A stretch of DNA of 63,878 nt, the filler included, from Collodictyon triciliatum (taxonomy: Eukaryota): the NCBI GenBank assembly GCA_043381765.1. It is 19 parts of 19 records of this genome, joined end to end, with 100 filler letters (N's around TTAATTAATTAA, not from the genome) between each part and the next. Parts side by side here need not be neighbours in the genome. Positions count along the whole stretch, not along the records: positions 55,511 to 58,694 come from JBHJMP010007671.1; positions 58,795 to 61,978 come from JBHJMP010007672.1; positions 62,079 to 63,878 come from JBHJMP010007712.1; 16 more parts are not named here. One strand, given 5' to 3'. The translations under genes were made by a program, and so were the position numbers. This document shows positions 55,511 through 63,878 of this stretch, piece by piece. The notes below the pieces were generated by a model, which was not told the origin of the DNA, did no database searches, and was given only the letters and a program-made list of their open reading frames with translations. Numbering within the stretch: position 1 is the stretch's first letter; every line of letters begins with the position of its first letter.

Positions 55511-58500
55511 ACCCAGACGTTTGTGTCGATGTTCCTTCCGTTCATGAAGCCAATCTGCTCTTTGGATATGAGTTTGTCAGCGATGGGTGATATGCGATTT
55601 CTGAGTAGCGTCGTAAATATCTTGTAGTCATTATTCAACAGCGATATTGGTCGCCAGTCTGCAAGATTGCTTGAGTTTCCTTTCTTTGGTATCAGCCGCA
55701 CCGTGGCCTCTGTAAATCCTTGCGGTAGGTCGTCGTCAGACATGATTCCATTCAGAAAAGTCACCGAGATGCCTTGACCTCATTAAAGAAAGCAGAGTAT
55801 ATTCCGTTGGGCAGCCTATCTGGACTGGTGCCTTTCCGTTGTGCAGCGACTTGGCCGCTTTCCACAATTCGCTTGCATCTATCGGCGCTATCATGCTGGC
55901 TGCTTGCGAGAGCGAAGCCTTGGAGCAGTTTGTAGTGATAAACTCGAGAGTAGCAGCATCATAGTCTTGCCTTGACCACATCTTTGAGAAGAAGTCGTGG
56001 GTGTTCTTTTTGTTGTTGCGAGGTAATAAACGTTGCGAGTCCACAGTGGTGTGCAGGACGGATACATGGCCTTTTCTTTTTCCTTTCCTAGTCCAAAGAA
56101 CCATTTCTCCATCTACTCAAAGTCTAGCAAGTATCTCGCTTCCCATTTTTCACGCTATTTGTGAATATCCGATGTTAGCTGCTCGGCAAGTTTATCCTCC
56201 AAGCTCGCCAGTTTTTCTTTTTGGGTGCGTTTCCACCCCGATGGTCTATCTACTGCTTTCATCAGAGCCTCTTTCTCCCTTTCAAGCTTCTTCCGCTCCT
56301 CTCCATCCTTATTTTTGAACCAGCTCGATTTTTGGATAAGAAGTATAGAAAGCTGTTTTTTTAATACAGGCCATTCCGCCTCGATGGGCGCATCACCTTG
56401 GGTCTTGAAGTGAGCCCTGAGCTTGTTTTGTATGTCTTCTATCGACTTGGAGTTGTTGTATGCCCTCCAGTCTATATACCTCGCCTGCTTTTCACAGCCA
56501 CCGGCTGAATCGATGTGAGCCAGGATAGTACTGTGGTCAGACAGCGCAGAATATAACGTTCTTAGTTTCTTGAACCACGCATGCAAGTCCCTTGAGCAGA
56601 GGAAGCGGTCGATTCTGCTCCACGTGAAGCCGCTATTTGTATGTCTTCTACACGTTGCACCTAGAGAGTGAGGATTGAGCGTCTTCCAAGGGTCTTGCAG
56701 CTTGTGCCTGATTGTCCAGTCGACGAAAGATTTGTTATTGCGTGTCGAGAACCCAGACCACTCGGTGCTGGCATCAATAAGAGCGTTGAAGCCTCCACAG
56801 ATGATGATATGTTTCGCAGACTCCATCTCCTTAGAGATAAGCTCATAGTCGTGTCTTCTAGTATTTAAATCTGCAATTTGGAGCGACATGTATGTTGTCA
56901 TCATACGAGTGTCAGCTCCATCGATTTATGTATCAATACTTGCACAGCGGCTAGGAGTAATCTCCCTGAAGCGAGGATTGAGTTTGACTATCCATTTCTT
57001 GCATAAAAACGCTACACCTGCATGTCTCTGTTGATTATCGTCACAGGACCACATTTGTAGACCTTTCCATATTTCATCATCGGTTAGATTGCTTGGGCTA
57101 AGCACTGTTTCTTGGAGATAGATGATGTCTGCATGCGTGATAAGAGCAGTGATTAGAGCCTCTTTTCTTTTTTGGCCGTTAGTCCCCTGAAGTTCCACGA
57201 CAGAACGTTAAAACACATGAGTAGTCTATTGACTTTCGGAGGCCGTAGCCTCCAGTGATTGGCCCTCTCTGCTGGAGCTGGGTTGCTCAGAGTGGGAGGT
57301 TTACTCGAGTTATCCTTCATTTGGCCGGTGTTATAATTGCTCGCGGTTCGGCCAGATTTTGTTGGACGGTTTTGGGCTTTGGGGTGCAATCCTTTTGTAG
57401 CTGGTGTGTTGGGAGATGCACATTAGTTGGCTCTTAGGAACCATGGATTCTACTTATTATCCCTTGTTGTCCGTGTGATGGGCAGGTCTAACCATGTTTT
57501 CACATCCATTCTGATTTGCTTTCTGGTTCGCTATATTCATTGGCGTATTTGACTGATACACTCCCTTTTCATCAGGTGAGTTTTTATCTTTGTGTTGTTT
57601 CATTATCTCGCAGTGCACTTGTAATGACTGATTGGACAAGAGGTATTTTAGCCTCATCACAGCTTATTGTTCATTTTTGAAGATTTTGGAGCGTTCTTGA
57701 AAATCTGAGATGTAGAGACTACTTTCACAGTCAGGATGTCCTCATAAACAGTGCTTGAGAAGCCATTTGTCGTTTCTGAAGCTTCGAGCCGCTCGCTGTC
57801 TTCTTCAGCAGAACCTTCTAGGAGGGTGACAGGCTGGATGGACTGTTCTTCTTGCATTGCAGAGTCTGGGACGCCGCTTGTTATGGATTGCACAGCATTT
57901 GCTGAAGAAGGAATCTCTTCAATCGACTCAGGAGCCATGTCATCTAAGGTGGTTGGTGGGTGTGGTTTGCTGGTTACCATAATGCTGACTCCCGATTTTG
58001 TTGCCGAGTTGGACTGGGCTTCCCTTTCCTCGATATCATCTTCACAATCCGGTGGTGAGTTTGGTGAGATATCCTCAGTCTGAGGGGATTGGTAATCTTT
58101 GAGGTTGACAAAGTTTTCACCGCTTCTTCGAAAAATTGATTTCAATACAGACACTGCCTCCTCCGTGTTGATTGGCGAACTTGATGAAGCACTTTCAGAC
58201 AAATTGCCTAAGTATTCATCCATTTTTTTCCATATCCATTACTTGATTTTGGGCCCGTCCCTGAAGCTTTTCCTTGATTGAGACTCTGAGCACTTCATCC
58301 AAGAGTGTCTTGTCACGATTTCTCCCTCTGTCGTTAGAAGGCGAAATGCCTTGCTTTTAGCCTTGTTGTTGGACTCAAAGTTAGTTTTGGTAGCGCAATT
58401 AGTGATTACTTTCCCAGTCTTCAGCGTTATAGTCAGCTACTTTTGTGTTGGAGCCCGAGAAGCGAGTGGTGGCGTTTTGTTTGTTAATGTTCACTTGTTT

Positions 58501-58694
58501 GGTACCGGTCGGCTTGGCAATTGTTATTTAATTTTAATGGTTTGGCATTGGGTATCATTCCCTCCTTCGTTGGGGAGAGTTGATGGGATGTCAGACTCTT
58601 TGAGGGCGTATCTCAACACGATAGCATCTCTCATGAATGACAACGGAGAAGGTTTACGTTTTCCCATTTTCCCCCGTTCTTCTTCAAATGCAAT
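55511..58694 (-). mobile_element. Degenerate non-LTR retrotransposon (L1/Tx1-type): APE endonuclease and RT N-terminus, with an ORF1-like region upstream
   Basis: ORF2 starts at about 57218 with VLSWNFRGL, IYLQET, GVAFL, IICGGFN (GDFN-like), SRIDRF, SDH. RT motifs follow: KAP, LIPKKG..DWRPISLLNNDYKI, EQIGFMNGR. Several frameshifts and no apparent introns. Confidence 0.92.
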
Positions 58695-59083
58695 NNNNNN
58701 NNNNNNNNNNNNNNNNNNNNNNNNNNNNNNNNNNNNNNTTAATTAATTAANNNNNNNNNNNNNNNNNNNNNNNNNNNNNNNNNNNNNNNNNNNNCAGGAG
58801 TAAACAAGGCCGCAAAAGCTTTTCTGACTCAACGCAAAGCCAAGCAATAAAAGAATATTTACTTTTTCTCTTTTTTTCTCTTTTTTCTCTTTTTTCTCTT
58901 TTTTCTCTTTTTTCTCTTTTTTCTCTTTTTTCTCTTTTTTCTCTTTTTTCTCTTTTTTCTCTTTTTTCTCTTTTTTCTCTCTCTCTCCCTCTCTCTTTTT
59001 TTTTGGACCTGTTGGGCACACTCTTGCTTTTAATTACATGTATTTTCTTTCCACTATTTGCTCATCTTGCGGGACATCTTTAG

Positions 59084-59356
59084 GTCATGAGAGGTCAACG
59101 ATATGACGAAAAAGCAGATGTTTACAGCTTTGGAGTCATTCTGTGGGAAATCGAAACAAGGGCAATTCCTTACGAAGGGAAAGATTCGTTAATGTTGCAA
59201 TTCGAAGTCTTGAACGGATTACGACCAAGCATTCGAAGCGGGATGAACAAAAACATTGCCGAACTGATGCAAAGCTGTTGGCATACAAATCCTGATATGC
59301 GCCCTCGATTTCAGAACATCAGAATAGAAGAAGCTAGCGCTGCTTGGGAAAGCTAG
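59084..59356 (+). CDS. Protein kinase (TKL-like), terminal exon with subdomains IX-XI
   Basis: Motifs: YDEKADVYSFGVILWEI, GLRP, LMQSCWHTNPDMRPRF. AG acceptor at 59082-59083. Confidence 0.9.
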   Translation, partial: VMRGQRYDEKADVYSFGVILWEIETRAIPYEGKDSLMLQFEVLNGLRPSIRSGMNKNIAELMQSCWHTNPDMRPRFQNIRIEEASAAWES

Positions 59357-60229
59357 TTAATTTGAAGAGATTCTTGCAAAAATAAAAACAAGAAATGAAA
59401 AGTAGGAAGGCTCTTTTCCGCGCTGTCTTGCAGCTTTTGCATATAGCCTGTTCAATAGTTTGTATGGGAATTGTGTAAGTCTGCTGTCGTGATACCTGCT
59501 GCTCTATTTGCTGTAACCCTTTTCAACTCATATGTTTCAAAAAAAAAAAAAAAAAAAGAGAGAGGGAGAGAGAGAGAGAGCGAATGAAGGAAAGAAAGAA
59601 AGAAAAAAAAAGACTGGTAAAAGCGATTCTTTTGTTGGCCAGATTTCACCAGCTGGACTATTCTGACAGNNNNNNNNNNNNNNNNNNNNNNNNNNNNNNN
59701 NNNNNNNNNNNNNNNNNNNNNNNNNNNNNNNNNNNNNNNNNNNNNNNNNNNNNNNNNNNNNNNNNNNNNNNNNNNNNNNNNNNNNNNNNNNNNNNNNNNN
59801 NNNNNNNNNNNNNNNNNNNNNNNNNNNNNNNNNNNNNNNNNNNNNNNNNNNNNNNNNNNNNNNNNNNNNNNNNNNNNNNNNNNNNNNNNNNNNNNNNNNN
59901 NNNNNNNNNNNNNNNNNNNNNNNNNNNNNNNNNNNNNNNNNNNNNNNNNNNNNNNNNNNNNNNNNNNNNNNNNNNNNNNNNNNNNNNNNNNNNNNNNNNN
60001 NNNNNNNNNNNNNNNNNNNNNNNNNNNNNNNNNNNNNNNNNNNNNNNNNNNNNNNNNNNNNNNNNNNNNNNNNNNNNNNNNNNNNNNNNNNNNNNNNNNN
60101 NNNNNNNNNNNNNNNNNNNNNNNNNNNNNNNNNNNNNNNNNNNNNNNNNNNNNNNNNNNNNNNNNNNNNNNNNNNNNNNNNNNNNNNNNNNNNNNNNNNN
60201 NNNNNNNNNNNNNNNNNNNNNNNNNNNNA

Positions 60230-61677
60230 TCACGATTGTGGCTGTGGCTGTGGCTGTGGCCGTGGCTGTGGCTGTGGCCGTGGTTGTTGCGCAGGCGCTG
60301 CTTCTGCGAGAGCAGGCGGGGGGCGGGTTCGGGACGGAGCGGGCGGAGGCGTGCAGCGGCGTCAGAGTGGGCGGGAGGGCAGCGGGGGAGGAGCCGGACC
60401 TTTGGGCCGAGGCGCAGAACGGGACGGAGGCGGAGGCGGAGGCGGAGTTTGGCGGGGTGGCGGGGCGAGCAGGGCGGGCGGGGCGGGCGGGGCGGCTGGT
60501 GCACCACATTGCGGGCGACGAGCCGCTGGCCGGGACGCTGCTGGGGCTGCTGTCCTCGCACCTGCTTGCCACGGCCTGTGCCCGCACCCTGCACGTGGCC
60601 GACGACGCGGGGCGCCTGCACGCCTTGTTTCCGCACCTGCCGCGCCTGCCGCCGGGGGAGTCTGGTGGGGGCGACGGGGCGGCCGCGCAGCACATCCACG
60701 TGCACCGCGCAGACGCCGCGGCATTTGCGCGCATGGCCGCAGAGGCAGAGGCAGAGGCAGAGGCAGAGGCCCACAGCCACAACCACAGCCACAACCACAG
60801 CCACAGCCACAGCCACATCCACATCCACATGGACACAGACGCCTCCGCCGCCGGGCTGGACCCCCTGCTGCGCCTGCTGTCGCCGCCGCACCGCGCCCTG
60901 CTGCACTCGCCCGCCCGCACGCTGCACATCCACGCCGCGCAGCCCTTTGCCGCCCCCGTGCTCGCCGCCCTCTTTGGCGCGCACCCGCCGTGCCTGCGCC
61001 TGTGCGACGGATGGTACCGGGCGGCGGCGCGGCGGCTGCTGCGGCCCAGTGCGGAGCTGACAGCCCTTGCCCGCCGCGTCGCTCCTCCGCGGGATGCCGC
61101 CCCCGTGGCCGTCCTCGTGCTGCCCGACCGTCTCGACGCCCGCACCCACCCCCACACCCACGCCGACCAGGCCTGCGCCCGCACCCGCGCCTCCCACGCA
61201 CAGACCCTGCTGCTGCTCTCGTCCGACGATCCCGCCCCCTTCCTGCCCGTCCCCGTCCCCGTCCCCAACCACAGCCACAACCACACACACGCGCACGTCT
61301 CCCTCCCCCCGACACGCACCGCCATCGCCGCAGACCTGCGCCGCCGCGTCCAGGGCGCCCTCCCCGCCGCCCGCCCCGCCGACCTTGTCGAGTGGCTCCA
61401 GATCTCCGCCGCAACCGCCCCGCCGACCGTCCCCGAAGTCCTCTGCTCCGTCGTCATCGGGGCAAACGCCGGCCCCCGCCAGGAGATGCTCCCCGCCCTC
61501 CTCCGCGCCCTCGCCCACCCCCGCACCCTCCTGCGCGGCTCGCACTACGGCCACTGCTTCCAGTTCCCCACCCGCCACCCAACCACCCCTGCGATGATCG
61601 CCCTCCTCCACAAGATTCACTCCGGTGGCGCAGACGACGCCCCCATCCCGCCCAGCCTCCCGCTCTATCTCGGCTGA
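60230..61677 (+). CDS. Very GC-rich hypothetical protein, 3' part
   Basis: Long frame to TGA 61677 with strong GC at third codon positions and in-frame VA/AE/HS microsatellite expansions. No family recognised. Confidence 0.5.
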
Positions 61678-62126
61678 CCCGGCCGGCAACAAGCGTTTCC
61701 TTCATCTCCTCCGCCTCCTCCTCACGTCCCATATACTCTCTTATGCACGCACTTCCATCTGATACGCCCACGCAATATGCAAGAGAGCATGTTTATCCGT
61801 CAGGTTTATTACAGGGGCCGGCGCGAGTAGACTGTGTTTGGTTCGTGTGGCAGAGGCACGGCGAAGGATATTCAAGCGGTGCTCTTGTGCGATGTGTGTT
61901 GGATGAAAGGATAGTGACGCACTCTCTGGCATCGCGGGTGCCATGGTATGGGATGGATATCCGGCACAATGGCACCTCNNNNNNNNNNNNNNNNNNNNNN
62001 NNNNNNNNNNNNNNNNNNNNNNTTAATTAATTAANNNNNNNNNNNNNNNNNNNNNNNNNNNNNNNNNNNNNNNNNNNNTATTTATTTATTTATTTATTTA
62101 TTTTTTGTTGAGATTTTGCTAAAAAC

Positions 62127-62182
62127 TTTTTTTTTTTTATTCACGACAGACTTAGCTGTTGGCGCCCATGCCAACAATCTTT
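62127..62182 (-). mobile_element. Mini retroposon (SINE-like), copy 2, with target-site duplication
   Basis: T12 (62127-62138) plus the 44-nt body, flanked by the direct repeat AGATTTTGCTAAAAAC(TT) at 62111-62128 and 62183-62200. Confidence 0.85.
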
Positions 62183-62249
62183 AGATTTTGCTAAAAACTT
62201 AATTACAGAGACGGAAGAAAGATGGGAAAGTCATAAAGACTAATATTTT

Positions 62250-63650
62250 ACGTTTGTGAGTCTGTCATTCCCTCCAGAACATAGCATATGTCCCAGAGGA
62301 TGCCAGTCGATGCTCCATATAGCTTTCTTATGGGCTTCTCTGCATTCGGCTTGGTGATGGTCATGACTAAGATCGATTTTAAAACTAAGCTAGATTTTTC
62401 ATGAAAGCTGGCTCCCATAGCTTTGGGTTGTGAATATAAAAGACATCGCGATGTCTGGGGTTATGGTGGATATGTACAAACTTGGCAAGCCAGTAGAATA
62501 GAGAGCCACCCCCAGAACCACTTGCAAACATCTGCTCATGAACCGGGTGCCATTTGATAGCTTTTACCATAAAACATCATGAGAACACATGACACATTAT
62601 AAAATTATGCATTATAATCGTTTTTTAAAAGGAAAACTTTGATAAATAATTTAAGACTCGATCTTAGAACTAAAAAATTACATGAACGTGCAAATTTATG
62701 ATTGGTTTACTTCTTACCAGTCACCTCCTCCGTGTGTCCTCCAAAAGTTTTGAATGATTTTAAAGTGCGTATATCAAACACTGGATATATGAAAAATTAT
62801 TATTAACCCGCTATTGAATAAAAAGTCAAGTAAATGTGAAAAGATTATGTATATCCCAATCAGTGAAAATGAAATAACGATGATAAAAATGTATACATCG
62901 TATTGTTTGGTCTTTTGAAGAGCTAAGCAGCCAGTTTCCATTTCTGTTCCATTGGATTTTGGTTACTGCGTCTTTGGGCTCGGAGCTAGAATGTTTTTCG
63001 TTTTTTTGGTATTTGGTTTTTTTGAGGAAGTCACTCATTAGAGATAATAGATTAAAATAATTATTTCGTATATATGCTTCACTTACATTTCAACTATTTT
63101 TCTTTGCGTCCTAACATCATGCATCTGTATCATATTTTCAGTAAATAGCTTAAATACACACTGATTTGTTTATCATGAAATATGAAGACGACGAATGTGC
63201 CACATTTACCAGTATTGATTTGTCTTTACTGCCAGATGCTAGGATGGAATTTGTTGGGTGCCAGGACAAGCATTTGATGCTATCCCGATGGACTGGGTAA
63301 TCGCATTTGATTAGTCAAAATGCACTAAAAGGCCGTGTATGAGAACTTTCATATCGAATGTTGTTTGAATTTTCGAAAAAAAAATTGGCCACATTGGGTT
63401 TGATGATTACTTTGAAAAGTGTGAAGGTTTGTCCTTTGTTCAAAGTCCCAGATTTTTACTGTGCGGTCAACAGATGAAGAAGCAAACATCATGTCATTGG
63501 GATTAAATCTAAGTTACAGTAAAATCACTTAGTAAATTAGTGACTTGCTTTTCCTGTCACAAATTTGGGCGAAATGGATAATACTGTGATGTATATTTGT
63601 ACTCACGCTAATTCTGTAATTTTCCCTTGTCCTGTTTCCAGTTCGCATTT
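62250..63650 (-). CDS. WDR33: WD40 pre-mRNA 3'-end processing factor WDR33/Pfs2, internal fragment
   Basis: Motifs: [97 protein letters not shown]. Confidence 0.88.
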
Positions 63651-63878
63651 CCTATCCATATTGGACTTTTTGGGGGAGGGGGTAGTATCATGTAATGTTA
63701 TTTAGAATTCGATTTTATACTCTAATAATACGTGCTTTTCGACGGCGATTTCGATTCATTTACAAGCAATGCTATATTGGGGGGGGGGGGGGGGGGGGGG
63801 CCCACTTTTTTTTTTCCAAAAATTTTTTTTTAACCCCCCCCCCAGTATTTTTTCCCCAATTATTTTTATTCCTTGGTT

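Overview
This window is not one locus. It is about 19 small eukaryotic contigs or scaffolds, mostly about 3.19 kb and roughly size-sorted, joined by an artificial N44-TTAATTAATTAA-N44 linker, so genes either side of a linker are not neighbours. The source is an AT-rich, intron-dense protist with microsatellite-filled GT-AG introns, possibly amoebozoan (inference from a ScaA-like gene). Recognisable gene fragments: a myotubularin with a broken catalytic motif, a ScaA-like scaffold, TRIP13/PCH2, a PB1-domain protein, KdsA, a DUF4062-NACHT NTPase, MsrB, an M28 aminopeptidase, DNA ligase I, a secreted Kelch protein, an SLC25A38-like carrier, a 5'-nucleotidase, an NHL-repeat protein, a kinase 3' exon and WDR33/PFS2. 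The main points of interest are four. (1) A decayed Fanzor (eukaryotic TnpB-family RNA-guided nuclease) at 13007-15014 carries a dense hairpin cluster at its 3' end, a candidate omegaRNA, and may sit inside a spliceosomal intron of a host gene. (2) An identical 44-nt hairpin+polyA mini-retroposon occurs in two contigs, one copy with a 16-18 bp target-site duplication, and a degenerate L1/Tx1-type LINE is present in another contig. (3) A 54-bp tandem array of about 2 kb has a variable core and is followed by a structured GC-rich segment. (4) An intron-containing Cys-type KdsA has a presequence-like N-terminus. All calls are by-eye motif reading; no searches were run.
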